From Octopus sinensis (Eukaryota), in assembly GCF_006345805.1 (NCBI RefSeq), contig NC_043012.1, positions 10,044,001 through 10,108,000 of the forward strand: a stretch of DNA of 64,000 nucleotides. The letters are read 5' to 3'. Positions 13,583 to 27,063 of this stretch are shown one piece after another; position 1 is the stretch's first letter, and every line of letters begins with the position of its first letter. Position numbers and translations under genes: made by a program. The notes beneath the pieces are model-generated. The model was not told the origin of the DNA, did not search any database, and saw only the letters and a list, made by a program, of their open reading frames with translations.

Positions 13583-14473
13583 TCTCTCTCTATTTCTGTA
13601 AATCTAGCCAAGAATTTTAAAGGAGAAAATATATCTGTGTTTTCATGTTGGGTGCTAATCAAAGAGAAGCAACCGATGCAGCTGAAATTCGAAATGAATA
13701 TTTTAATGATGACACCTGCAGTAAAATAAAAATGGATGGTGTTGGAATTTCAAGGACGTGGAACTTTAGAAAGAAAGAAGTGCACTGCTGAATCTTTGGT
13801 AGGAGAAATTATGGGAATGAGGAAGAGAAATTATGGGAATGAGGAAATGAAAAAAAAAATGTATATATGTTGAGTATGGTTGGCACCCAGCAAATAACAC
13901 GAAAACAAGTTTCTTGAACGAGACTGCAGTTCTAGATGGCTAGTTATTGGCTATCTGCCAATCTGTCCGTGGGGAAATTTGTGAGTCACGCACTAGTACC
14001 GTGGTTTCAAATTATGCTTCAGAAGAAGGTGATCAATTATATTCTGTTGAAGAATCGTAGTCTTTAAGATGCTGTTTTGATAATGCTGTACATGCCAGTC
14101 AAATGCCATACAATAGAAAGTTCAACAGTTGCTCATACTGAAAGGAAACGAGAACGCACTCGGTTGCATGATGAAAGCAGTCTGTAAAAATATGATTAGG
14201 ACATGGGGATATCGCCGTAATTAATATCCTGCTTTAATTAATAATAGAATTATTTGAATACGCTCATAACTGTAACAGAATAAACTGACGAACCTTCTTT
14301 AACTGAAATTATTGACGCAAATTGTTAATTAAACATGTTTTTAGGGATGTTAAAATATGAAAAATAAAACAACAACAATTAAAGTAAATAATTCAAATAA
14401 CATCAGTTCACTGAAATATTTAGATAATATAGACAGAACAGTAGTGAGTAGATGTATTATAATAAACGCGAAA

Positions 14474-14705
14474 AAGGCGGCGAGCTGGCAGAAACGTTAG
14501 TACGTTGGACAAAATGCGGAGCCGTATTTCGGCTGTCGTTACGTTCCGAGTTCAAATTCCGCCGAGTTCGACTTTACCTTTCATCCTTTCGGGATCGATA
14601 AATTAAGTACCAGTTGCGCACTGGGTCGATGTAATCGACTTAATCCGTTTGTCTGTCCTTGTTTGTCCCCTTTGTGTTTAGCCCCTTGTGGGCAATAAAT
14701 AAATA
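14474..14705 (+). mobile_element. Young family A SINE with a 16-bp TSD
   Basis: TATAATAAACGCGAAA at 14458-14473 and 14706-14721. Confidence 0.95.
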
Positions 14706-14901
14706 TATAATAAACGCGAAATTCTTTCAGTCCGTCTGAAATGCCGCGTTTAAGCTAATCTTGTATATAAAGCAACCAAGCGAATGAAGTGTCTCCTAGG
14801 AAAAGGTCAGCATAGACGAATTTCCTAAATGAAGTGATGGGATGTAACTAACCTCCACCACCCTATAGTAGTAGTAGTAGTAGTAGTAGTAACAATGTCA
14901 A

Positions 14902-15123
14902 TAATGATTTCTTAATTTTGGTACAAGGGCAGCAAGTGCTGGGTGGGTTGATGATAAATCAATTAAATCAACCCCATTACTCAACTGGTAAATATTTTAG
15001 CAACATCGAGAAGATGGAAGGTAAAGTCGACTTCGGCGGAATTTGAACTCAGTATGTAAAAACGGACGAAATGCCGCGAAGCATTTTGCGCGGTGTGCCT
15101 ACGATTCTGCCAGCTCGCTGTCC
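14902..15123 (-). mobile_element. Older family A SINE, tail-to-tail with the 14474 copy
   Basis: GAAGGTAAAGTCGACTTCGGCGGAATTTGAACTCAG...GATTCTGCCAGCTCGC. Confidence 0.85.
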
Positions 15124-15363
15124 AAATAAAAGTATTGATAATGATAATAATAAGAGTTTATTTAGGGATAGGGTCATCAGTTGTCAGGGCAGGGTTTAAT
15201 TCGATAGCATTGAATGCGGTACTTGAATGCTTCTGTTTTTTTATCTATACCACAAGGATGAAAAAGAAATTTGACCCACCGTAGTATTTAAATCCAGGAT
15301 ATAAAGAACCGGAGCAAATACTGCAATGCAGTAATAACAGCGCTATTACTCAGCTAGCAGTAA

Positions 15364-15494
15364 AGGTGTGCTGCCTAGTGGTAAGGATATAGGGATCACG
15401 AACGTGAGTTCGATTCCTTCTAGCCCACTGTATCCCTGAGCAAGACACTTTATTTCATGTTGCTCCAGTCCAGTCAGCTGGCAAGAATTAGTTG

Positions 15495-15546
<52 letters not shown>

Positions 15547-15705
15547 TGGTCCCGGTTTGAGTCGGGGTTAACCACAGTAAATAAGGTACTCAATACATAG
15601 CAGAGTAAATTAATTTATTTTATAGAAGGAGCTTCTATAGCTTTTATAGAAGGAGCTTTTGAATGAAACAGTTCTAGTCCTGTAGAAGCTCCTTCTATAA
15701 AATAA

Positions 15706-15766
<61 letters not shown>

Positions 15767-15935
15767 AGGGCCAGCCTTGTCACTTTGTGTTTCCTACAAA
15801 ATCCCCCTTAGAAGTACGTTAAAGGTATACTTGTCTGAGGAATACTCAGTCATTTGCACGTTAATTTCATGAGCAGGATGTTCCATTGATCGAATCAAAT
15901 GGAACATTCCCTATTGCAATCGACCGAATGCCACT
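15364..15935 (+). mobile_element. SINE family D split by a nested insert (head 15364-15495, tail 15766-15935)
   Basis: A/B-box head and CCTGAGCAAGACACTT; resumes at AAGGGCCAGCCTTGTCAC...GCACGTTAATTTCA.GAGCAGG. Confidence 0.75.
15545..15707. mobile_element. (TA)n-flanked insert with an internal inverted duplication, nested in a family D SINE
   Basis: 25-bp perfect inverted arms at 15613-15637 and 15683-15707, plus a partial direct copy at 15642-15659. (TA)n on both sides. Confidence 0.55.
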
Positions 15936-15983
15936 TGCTATGCTAACAAATTATCATGACAGACTATTTGATGCTAGAGCATT

Positions 15984-16155
15984 GGGATAATGCATTGCAG
16001 AATTTCTTCCGCTCTTTACTTTCTGAGTTCAAATCTTGCCTCTGTCATTTTCGCCTTTCATCCTTCCGGGTTGGAGAAAGTATACAATCAGTAAAGAAAT
16101 GCGGTTTATTGTAGCGATTAATCTACTCCCTTCAAAACTGATGATCTTGTGTTTA
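15984..16155 (+). mobile_element. Degenerate family A SINE
   Basis: CTGAGTTCAAATC..TTTCGCCTTTCATCCTTCCGGG. Confidence 0.6.
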
Positions 16156-17015
16156 TGTCAGACAAAATCTAATACTGTTGAGTTTGGGAAACGCAGGTTT
16201 AATTTCAAAAAGGTAAAGATAGTTTAGATATGAAAATAATCTCTAACAAACAAAATTTTCACTTCACATTTCTAGTTAATGAAATGTGTATTAATAGCAG
16301 GGATATGAAAGAACGTACAGAAATTACTAGAGAAAGAATTATTTAAAACAATTTCGTAAAGAAGACAAATATTTCATTCAAAGTTGGCGCTGTCTAGATA
16401 AAATTGTCATAATTAGAGAAAGCAGCTCATAATCAGGGTTAGTATTATCAATTGGTTATTATTATCAAAATTTGTAAATCCCAAATCTTATTAATGTTAT
16501 TCACCGTTTACTGGGATCATAATTCCTAGATCTACAGTGATAACAAAAATGTTACTTCCTTTGTATGTTGTGTTGATGAGGTAAGAATCGAGTCAGGTTA
16601 TAAGAATTAATCTAGTAATTGTTTGAAATCAATGCTTTAGCATTAGTAGAGTGGTAGAATAAGCATAGTTATAAGTTATAAGTGGGATAGTAACATTACT
16701 GTAATTGAGGAGTGAAGACACCCTAGAATGCTACATAAATAGCACACCGTATTTCTTACTCTATAATTTCCATTCTCATATGCAACGTATAGCCCAAACA
16801 TCGCTTGTGAAATTCATTGACCTTTCTACGAGATTCTCTGCGGATTAACTGTGACCAACCCAGGCATTCAATAATTTCCTCACATTTCCGATCTTATTTC
16901 CAGTGTTTCAATTAGGAGGTTGTTGCCCTGTGTTTACAGTAACCAGTGCTTCTGAAATTGCATTAGCCATAGTGTAATATCAAAAAATATTTAGTTTAGA
17001 CTAGAAAACTAGTGA

Positions 17016-17427
17016 AGGCGCAGGAGTGGTTGCGTGGTAAGTAGCTTGTTTACCAACCACATGGTTCCGGGTTCAAGTCCCACTGCGTGGCACCTTGGGC
17101 AGGTGTCTTCTACTATAGCCTCGGGCCGACCAAAGCCTTGTGAGTGGATTTGGTGGACGGAAACTGAAAGAAGCCCGTCGTAAATATGCATATATATGCG
17201 TGTGTGTGTTTGTGTGTCTGTGTTTGTCCCCCTAGCATTGGTTGACAACCGATGCTGGTGTGTTTATGTCCCCGTTACTTAGCGGTGCGGCAAAAGAGAC
17301 GGATAGAATAAGTACTGGGCTTACAAAAGAATAAGTCCCGGGGTCGAGTTGCTCGATTAAAGGCGGTGCTCTAGCATGGCCGCAGTCAAATGACTGAAAC
17401 AAGTAAAAGAGTAAAAGAGTAAAGAGT
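17016..17427 (+). mobile_element. Full-length family B SINE
   Basis: AGGCGCAGGAGTGG head; tail GGCGGTGCTCTAGCATGGCCGCAGTCAAATGACTGAAAC followed by (AGTAAAAG)n. Confidence 0.92.
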
Positions 17428-19310
17428 AATTATTCAGCATCCTGTTAAACTTTCCCCTTCCCCAAAATATGTCGGTTGTTGAATCTTGGAAAAATGATCA
17501 GCAGTTAGACCATCTAACTGTTTCTCTAATCTTTACTATATATGCTGAATCGCTACAATGTAGGAATCCAATTTATATTTGAAATGACGAATTGTTCACT
17601 CCGACATTCAAATGCCGCATAAATATTGAATTTGCACTATGTTACAATCACTGCAGGCAATTATTAAGCAGCAAAAGTATTCTTTTGACGATAATGGACA
17701 TAGTAATTTCATTTCCATTGCGGACAGATGATTAATTGGGCACTGTGTCGATTGAACCTACATTAATAACGATATTCAAATGAATGTAATGGCGCAAATA
17801 TTTCAACTCCATTCAATGATGCTCTTAAAACCTCGCTCGAAGCATTGAGATACAATACAAAGGACGAATTCATTTTTTCACCGGATCCTACCTCGCGATG
17901 TCAATTAAGTATATTCGCCATTGTTACGGTAACATAATAATTAAATGGGTAAAATAAAGTCAACGATAGTAACTCAATTATTCAGTAATTTAATAGTCTC
18001 AATTGCTCTCAATGTTTTGCTAAGAGCCGTGAGCGATTTCTCTCTCACTCACATACGCTCACACACAATCACACACGCACACATATACTCACACAAAAAG
18101 TGCATATACACAAACTCACGCAAACAGAAAATAAACCTTAATTTCTTAAATTTGTCCTTTTGATTTTTTTTTTTTTTTTGCTGAATGAGCTTTTAAAACA
18201 TTAAAATGAGAAATTTGTCATTTAATTTCATTCCGAAACGAAGTTACTCGTGGACCTCGGAATTAATATGATATTAGAGATAGTGTAGACATTTTGATTT
18301 AGAAGTTTGTCAGATCGAGCGAACAGCGCAAATCATCTTTGGAGGCATTTCTAAAATTGAGAGATTGTTCGGGTTGATTAATATCTAGTTTAAAGATCTG
18401 TATGGCGATGTTTCTGAAAAAAAAAAAAACTAAATGGCTAAACAAGAAAATAAAGTGAGGAGCTTCAGAACTGCAGATGTCACAGCAATGTGAAGATAAT
18501 TTTAACGACTCTCAAAAATCTCTGCCAACTGAACAAGTCAGACTCTGTTTGATATATGTCGCTTCCATAAACTGCAAGCAACGCATTCGAAACTAACTCA
18601 TATTTATAAAACAATCTTATACACACAGATGTATTGCTATGTAGATTGTATCACTGTAATGTGATGGATTGCCAACGGTATTATCCCCCTTGCCTCACTT
18701 CAACAACCCGCCTATCCTTAATCAATCAAACACTTAATAATAACAGGTGACAACGATATCAACTATTTCATTTATGTCTCTAAGCACCTCCGTCTCTCTC
18801 TTTCTCTCTCTCTCCTTCAATTTCTCTTCCGAGATATCATCAGTAGAGCTTCTGTCATATTAGATTTATAGTTGCAGCCTTCTTCTTGTTGTTTGGAGGT
18901 ATAAAATGGCTCTTTTGTATGAAATATAATGTCTCTTGGCTGGTGCTGCATCATCGTCACCGGTTTCTCTTATATACTTCTCTACGTCAATTAAACGGAT
19001 GGTCCTAATTAATTTTTACAACCTACTTCATCTACACTCATAGTTTGGATGTGAAATATCTTATCACATTGTTGTCCATCACATTTTTTTCCGAGACACA
19101 CTTCAGCTCCCATAACTTCAGTTACACACTTTTCTTATATTCGGCTGTATAGGTATACCTGCCTGCCTATTTTCACATCGGAATATCAGAAAAATCAATG
19201 AAACTGGTAAAGCCTTTAAATATAAACCATCTAATAGCCACCCAGGGGAATTTCAATTTTTTGTCTGTATTTCTACAGGTGTGGAATCAAATAGCTATGT
19301 TTGATATGTA

Positions 19311-20603
19311 CGAGGTGATATCAAAAGGTCCCTGGACTAGACTTGCAGCACGCCAGCAGGTGGCAGCACGCGATTACATATGCAGTGAGAGCTAGCAGTG
19401 ACCTTCATGAAGCAGTGTGCCAAGTGACATAACTGTGTTTACTTCGCAACTTGTCAAACTTTTGTTTTGTGATCACATGTACGCAGTAGTCTGAAATTTT
19501 CTCATGGACAGGAAGTTGGAACAAAGACCTAACGTGGAATTTTGTGTTAAACTCGAGACGTCTGCTACAGAGATTTTGAGCATGCTTCGGCAAGTTTACA
19601 GTGACGATGCAACGGGTGGCAGGCAATGTTTTGAGTGGTACGGGCGTTTGAAAAGCGAATGTACGTACCTGGACGACGATGAACAATCTAGAATATCTGC
19701 CATGAGCGCCACTCCCGGAAATCTGGAGAGAATCCATCAGTTTGTACATGAGTATCATTGGAAAACAATCAACAACATTGTTGATCTTGTTGGTCAGTGC
19801 AGGCAATCCTAACGCCTGAATTGAACATGCAGCGTGTCTCTGCTAAGTTCGTCCCCCGCTTGCTGACCACTGAGCAGAAATCTGTCAGGTTCAGCATCGG
19901 CTTGCCACTAACGACTCATCCTTCCTGTCGCGGATCATCAGTGGTGAAACGAGTTGGGTTTAGGGGTAGGACTCTGAGACGAAGGATCAGTTGTCACAAA
20001 GGCAGAGGCCTTCATCTTCAAGATCGAAGCAGGCAAGTCAGAGCCGCAGCTCCAGCCAAGAATGTACTTATGTTTATCTTCGATACTGCAGTACTTGGCA
20101 TCGAAAATTCACCCACCCCCACCAGGGCTAAACCGTCCGGCGTAAGTTCTGAAACATTTGAGGGAAGTCATTCTGAGAAAACGACCGGATCTGCAGATCG
20201 CAAAGAATTGCATTCTTCACGACGACAATGCACTCTGTCACCGAACTCTCCTCATTCCTGAGTTTTTCGCCCAAAGCAACAGGGTATTGCTTCCGCGCCC
20301 ACTCTATTCGCCAGATTTAGGACCGGCGGACTTCCACCTCTTCACTAAAATAAAGACGCAGTTCAAAGTTCACCATCTTAACACCGTTGTCGAGATCAAG
20401 AGCGAATCGAAGAAGGTCCTCGACTTGCTTACGGAAAACGACTTTTATTCTGGATTCCAAATGTGGCTGGAATGCTGGGACCGGTGTATTGCAGCACAAG
20501 ATGTCTATTTCGAAGGAGATGATGTTAAAACTTAGGTAAATAAGTCATTTTGTATTAAAGATAACTAGTATAACTAGTCCGGAAATATTTTGGCACCGTC
20601 TCG
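19311..20603 (+). mobile_element. Full-length degenerate mariner (DD34D) transposon
   Basis: 1293 bp. TA at 19309-19310; degenerate 30-bp TIRs (20/30 match). N-terminus EQRPNVEFCVKL..ATEILSMLRQVY; C-terminus HDDNA...YSPDLGPADF with D34D spacing and YFEGD end. Confidence 0.92.
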
Positions 20604-20849
20604 CATATATGATGTTTATCTCTCATAGTCAAGAAAGACGGCTCTGCAGTTTCTTCCTAAACATTCTACTCAAATACTTTGTTTATAGTGATGAATCTTT
20701 TATGCCGTACGTTACTTCACTCTCTCCGTCAAAGCTGCATTGTCTGAACAGTTGTACCATGTACCACAGTTTAGGCGTCAATGTGATCGCAGATCAGACT
20801 GAAATTGTACGTATTGCTCAAGAACACAACAAATTCCATTCCTCGTTCC

Positions 20850-20910
20850 AGGAATTGAAACCACGTTCCTGCGACCATGAGTCAATACTCTAACCACTTG
20901 ACCATGCACT
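20850..20910 (-). mobile_element. Degenerate tRNA-derived SINE head
   Basis: GAATTGAAACCACG..CTGCGACC..CTAACCAC, similar to family C heads. Confidence 0.5.
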
Positions 20911-21339
20911 CTGACACACACACACATATATACATATAGACACATATATTCCTATATATATATATATATGTATGTATATATATATATATATATGTATGCA
21001 TGTATGCATGAATGTATATATGTATGTATGTGTGTATATATGTTTGCTTTTTTGATGGTTAGAGAAAGTAATTTTTTTGCACTGGGAACGGGTGAATATC
21101 TCAAAGCAAATAAAACTATAAATATTAGGTCAAAAACATTTTGGACAGGAACAGATGAAGGCTGCCTGTGGGATTCGATCCCACATATTGTGTAAACATG
21201 ACAGGCATTTTACCATTGATCAGAACAATCCTCATAATTTCTCTGTGTTTTAGAAACTTAATTCTTACTCGCAAAGCATGCACCGAGCGTTCAGGGTAAT
21301 TTTGACGAATTTCCATAATTACTTCTGCTGCAGAAGTCC

Positions 21340-21560
21340 GTCGTCAAACTTGGCCGGAAAGGGTTGCGGCTGGAAAACCGAATGTATGTCAGCAGAACCC
21401 CACTGCTGATCTTACCTCCAGAAAGTTTCAAAAGAGGTTGTCGGAATTTTTCTACTACTTCACAGAGCTACAATACTGGCTTCCTAGTTCCGCCGATTGT
21501 AATCCAATATATTACTGTGGAGTGCGGTTGACTAAAAAACCAAGCTCTCTGCCCGCAAAA
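21340..21560 (+). mobile_element. Degenerate maT (DD37D-like) transposase fragment
   Basis: VAAGKPNVCQQN...KRLSEFFYYF...WLPSSADCNPIYY aligns by eye with the 3.3-3.9 kb copy. Confidence 0.6.
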
Positions 21561-24384
21561 CTAAGACCGTGCAGTGGGCCAAGATGTCAAAGATCTCAGG
21601 TACACGCACACACTCAGATACTCAAACACAAGCACAGACATGATATCTGCTTTTCAATTCTAAAATCACAAAAATCATATATGACATCTGTTTTGATGTT
21701 TATTTTGGCATTACGGATGTCTCCATATCTATCTGGCGATAAAAGCACATATTTCACTTTTTCCAATGCTTTTTAAATTCTATAGCATTTGAATCATCAA
21801 AATACATGTGCAAATCAAATGATTTCTTCTAAATACAGCTCTAAATACAGAGTCTATCATCGTAATTGTTTACACACACATACTCTCTCTCACTCTCTCT
21901 CTCTCTCTCTCTCTCTCTCATTGTGTCTCCCAAAGCAGCACAGTTAGCGATTCACCTCAGTATTATCTTTTTTCTATCCAATTTCTCTGTATCAGTTTTC
22001 CCTTCTATTTCCCGTTTGCTTCAAAGTCTGACCACATAACTTATATTCTCCCCATTTTCAATATATTTCTTCTTTAATTTCCTCATGAACTTTTCTCCTT
22101 TCATTCTCTCGACATTTATTTTATATAATCGCAAACGTAGATTCTGACATGCGCCTGGTAAATGACCGTTTCTTAGTATTATTGTAATATGAAGTTTACT
22201 TATATTTCATCAATGTTGTAACTGCTTGTCTATTGTTAAAAGGTTTCTAATGCAAATGGTCATTTTAACAAGTATGCTTTGCTGTCAATAAATATGTCAC
22301 AACTCAATATTAGTCGTTTGTTTGACTTCTTTAATAATGTTTCTCTGGCGGAAACGTTCATACTCACTATTTCTATTCCTCTGCACTTTTTCCATTATAG
22401 TTCGAGTAGTTTGCTTGTTTCAGGCAAATTTCTAATTTGTTTGGTTTGGAATATTTTCACTTTGATTATAACTGTAAGTATCTGTATGGAACTCAAGTCA
22501 GAAATGTATTTGTAGAGATAATATTCTTCAAGAAATAAGTGATGTTATATCGTACTTATTGTTTGTTCCTACATTTTGTACCAATTCAGCAGACATATGA
22601 TCTGAGGCTTTCTCACCTTGTCCACCCGCTTTGTTGTATATCTACGGCCACATTTTATAATGTGTCCTTCATTTTATATTAGATAGAATTATAACCGAGT
22701 AATTTCCAGGAAAAACACTTTCTTTGATTTTACATAGAAATCTTGCCAATTCTTAATTCAAGTTTTCATGCCAGTGGTTTTGAAGATATTAAATCTTCCA
22801 GTAGGTAAGCGATGATATGACTGTACTCCATATGTATAAAGATATGATTGTAACACCTTTGTATGTGTGACGGTAACTCGTTTAATGGTTTAGTGTGTTC
22901 GGCTCACAAACATACCCTTGTTGATGGTTTCGAATTCCTGTTCTGGCGGTGAATTGTATTCTTCATCAACGCACGGTGCATTCCCGATGCTTACCGCTGT
23001 TCCCGGTATCTCCCTCCCTCTGAGATGGTGGGGCCTTTATTCCCTCACACTGATATATCCTTCATACTCCACTGGTTTAAGGATGGGAGATCCGAGAGCT
23101 TAACTAGGACTGCTCGCGACTACAAAAATATCCAATTTGCTTGGTGAAAACTCACTTCACAGTGAAGCCTATAGCTGGTTAATCCCAATGTTATAAACTG
23201 ATGATGCCATGACGGACTAGCCAATGTCTAATGGGTTATTTTGCTTTTATGTAGATATCGCCAAGGAAGATTTTATAAAAAGAATGAACATTAACTGTAA
23301 ATAAATTCACAGCAGGTGTTGGGACAGCTAACCCGGAATCATTCGTCTCTTTACTTCTCGTCAACATTTGTACATATACCACTTCATTCACCATTATTTT
23401 CAATCCCTCTTCTTCGTAAAATCAGCTCCCTAAATGTAACATTAACAACATCAAGCTCACCGATATCGAAGTGTCAGGAAGGGTCATTTGTTATGTATTT
23501 CCTCCTTCTTCAGCAAACAAAAATACAGACGTTATTTTCAATAATTTTTGTTGATAGTTAATTCGATGTTTGTAGTCGACCCTATCCGTGAAACGAGGTG
23601 AAACTTTGAACTCATCATCTAAAAGTTTTGAGAAACACAATTCATACATTATTTTGGTTTGGTGATTTACACTAGGAACTTATTTCTCTCTGAAACATGG
23701 AATTGTGCAACCATTTATTCGCGGGAGGTCCTATAGTGTTATTCGTTAGAATCCATGTGCTGTGACAGAGCGTACACTTACGAAGGAAATATTCGAATTT
23801 TACGAGTAAAGGATGTATAAAGACTCAGATATTTACCAATCTAATGAGACAGAAAATAAATTGTACAAAAAACAAAATACAAAGATGCACTCATTCAATT
23901 ACGCTCACATGACTTACATATATTCTCTCTGTTCGCATCTCTCTGTCGCTCTTTCTAACACACAAAAACTTACATACATATTCACAGACAGACAGAAACC
24001 GTTTACTGAATCCTAATTGCTTTGGCTTTCGTAGTTTTCATATACAGAACTGCCAACAGAGAGAAATGTCATAAAGATTCATATTATTCTCATTTGTAGA
24101 ACCTTGTAATATATAAGGTTTATTCAATCAAATAACATTTGCTTTATGGAAAATATCAAATATTTTAGTAGGACCAGCTCCTTCATAGACTTCGTAATTA
24201 TTTACTAATAGATAAGAGGTTATTAGATTCATGGTATACTACTATTTATATGCAATTAAGTTCAGTTAACATGTATACAATAATCTATTTTCCTGTCATT
24301 CAGATTCCCCATCTATCCACTACATACCTACCTACTTAAATTCCTACCTGCCTTACAGCCGAACTACGTACATGGGCAATTATC

Positions 24385-24397
24385 TATCCATCCATCA

Positions 24398-24486
<89 letters not shown>

Positions 24487-24520
24487 CCTATCTACCTACC
24501 TACTTACCTACCTACCTGTC
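24385..24520. repeat. (TATC)n/(TACC)n tetranucleotide microsatellite
   Basis: Directly visible; similar tracts at ~4090-4175 and 32350-32430. Confidence 0.95.
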
Positions 24521-24992
24521 TGTCTCATTTTTACTTTATCCAGTATATTTCGAAATATCAATCTCAAGAACACGCATTAATTATTCTGTCTCCCTATATT
24601 TATGCACCTGTTTATATATGTATAAACACATATACATACATATATGCATACATACATGCATACATACATATACACCTTATATAGTTATTTTTGTATTAAA
24701 ATGCTAGTGCATATTTCGATTTCACATTACATGTTTTACATCCGACTTTTAAGGAAGCCTTCTACTGTTTTACAAATTTAAGCTTCAGTTTCACGGGAGT
24801 TTATTTTTTACTCATTTTTAATACTTTTTCTTTATATATATTCAAATTGTATATTATAAACTTATATACTTATTTTATATTTGATTTAATTATGCTATAC
24901 TAATTTATATATATATACATTTATTCATACACACACACATGCACACACACACACACATATATATAATATATATATGTGTGTGTGTATGTGTG

Positions 24993-25037
<45 letters not shown>

Positions 25038-25078
25038 GCGTACATATATATAATTTTATCCAGTCTCTTCCCTTGATA

Positions 25079-25132
<54 letters not shown>

Positions 25133-25144
25133 TATCGCCACTAC

Positions 25145-25303
25145 ACACATTTTTTTCCATCCGTGTTTTTTCTGTGTCCCTTTCTGTAGAAGAGCGTAGG
25201 CTCGAAACGTAAAAAACTTTTTCTATTCCTGAGCGTTATACTAATACATCTGTTTGTTTTGTACACCACCTGTCTTCGTCTCTTGTTTTTTTCGTAAACT
25301 CCC
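25145..25303 (+). mobile_element. (TA)n-embedded short repeat with a variant hammerhead-like core (probable Penelope-like element end)
   Basis: CTGTAGA-A-GAGC-GTAG-GCTC-GAAA-CGTA at 25184-25211. Homologous to 53534-53680 on the minus strand. Flanked by (TA)n. Confidence 0.55.
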
Positions 25304-25334
25304 ACATATATATATATATTTTATTTTTTTTTTT

Positions 25335-25536
25335 GTACTTGTTTCAGTCATTTGACTGCGGCCATGCTGGAGCACCGCCTTTAGAGTGGTGAAAGAGTAC
25401 AGCAGGGTTCACCACCATCCCATGCCGGAGCCTCGTGGAGCTCTTAGGTGTTTTCGCTCAATAAACACACACAACGCCCGGTCTGGGAATCGAAACCGCG
25501 ATCCTCCGACCGCAAGTCCGCTGCCCTAACCACTGG
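25335..25536 (-). mobile_element. Chimera: family C head/body joined to a family B 3' end
   Basis: 25386-25536 matches family C; 25335-25385 matches the family B tail with no spacer. Confidence 0.75.
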
Positions 25537-25938
25537 AATTTAATTATTTAATAACAACCAAATATGATTCATTGCTGAAAAAAGTTGCACAACTGCACGG
25601 AGTAGAGACACGTAAGGCATCTTCTTTCAGGAATTCTTCAAACTGAGAATAAAAAAAAAAAAACATTATTTAAACTGAGAATCAAGTAATTGATTCTCTG
25701 CCAGAAGAACTTCATATAGAAGATATCTTACATTATTCTCCTCCACGTAAAATTTCGTAACACCCTTCAGCAATATTTGCAGAAATCTTAGTTCCTGAAA
25801 CGTAACTCACACCAGTAAAACAAGGACAACAATAAAATATTTATTTATAATGAGGGGAAGGTGTAGATTTACTTCAAGAGGATACAGCTTGGACTTTTCT
25901 TACTTATGTAATGTATGCATATTCAATCATACATACAT

Positions 25939-25990
<52 letters not shown>

Positions 25991-26116
25991 GTATAAGTGT
26001 GTGTGTGTCTGTGTGTGTGTGTATACATATATATATATACACATATATACATATATACATACAGTGTATGTATATTTATATCGATCGATTATATATTTGT
26101 ATGTATATATATATAT

Positions 26117-26416
26117 TACTCTTTTACTTGTTTCAGTTATTTGACTGCGGCCATGCTGGAGCACCACCTTTAGTCTTGCAAATAGACCCCAGTGCTTATT
26201 CTTTGTAAGCCTAGTACTTATTCTATCGGTCTCTTTTGACGAACCGCTAAGTTACGGGGGCCAGTATCGGTTGTCAAGCGATGTTGGGGGGACAAACACA
26301 GACACGCAAATATATACACACATACATATATACATATATACGACGGGTTTCTTTCAGTTTCCGTCTACCAAATCCGCCCACAAGTCATTGGTCGGCCCGA
26401 GCCTATAGTAGAAGAC
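26117..26416 (-). mobile_element. 5'-truncated family B SINE
   Basis: Tail, body and central microsatellite present; head missing. Confidence 0.88.
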
Positions 26417-26964
26417 AAAACAATTAAAACGTGTGGCTTATTAGGAATTAGAACTTAAATCCGAAATAAATAGAAGTCACAAAAGTGACAAAAGGTACAG
26501 ACTAGCACCTCTTTTGCTAAAAATATAAGTTAAAACAATAGAAGTGGCACAAAATTAATGACTGACAAAGGGAGTTAAGTCTGCAGCGTACATAGTCGGA
26601 TCGCGATTATGGATATTTAAAGTTGACCATCTTACTCCTCATGAGCGATTCTTAACACCTAGGATTAAATTCATCTACCTCTGTCAGTCTTATAACAAAA
26701 GTCGTTTGAAACGTGTTGATTTTCTAAACGGTAAAAGAGGAAACAGCAAATTTAAAACGTTTGCCTCTCGGAATTTTCTTGCTGCACACCGTGTACAGCG
26801 TCTACATGCATTTGAACATACACAGTACGGAATCACAGTTAAAACCTTTGAATCGTTAACTGAGGGGTCCCAAGTCGTGAGGCTGGTGGGTGCATGTCAA
26901 AATAGGCCAAAAGAAAAATAGTGAAAACCGAATGCATTCATTACCTCAGATGTGACAAAAACAA

Positions 26965-26991
26965 AATGATAATAATAATATAATAATAATA

Positions 26992-27062
<71 letters not shown>
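26965..27062. repeat. (TAA)n microsatellite
   Basis: Directly visible. Confidence 0.95.
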
Positions 27063-27063
<1 letters not shown>

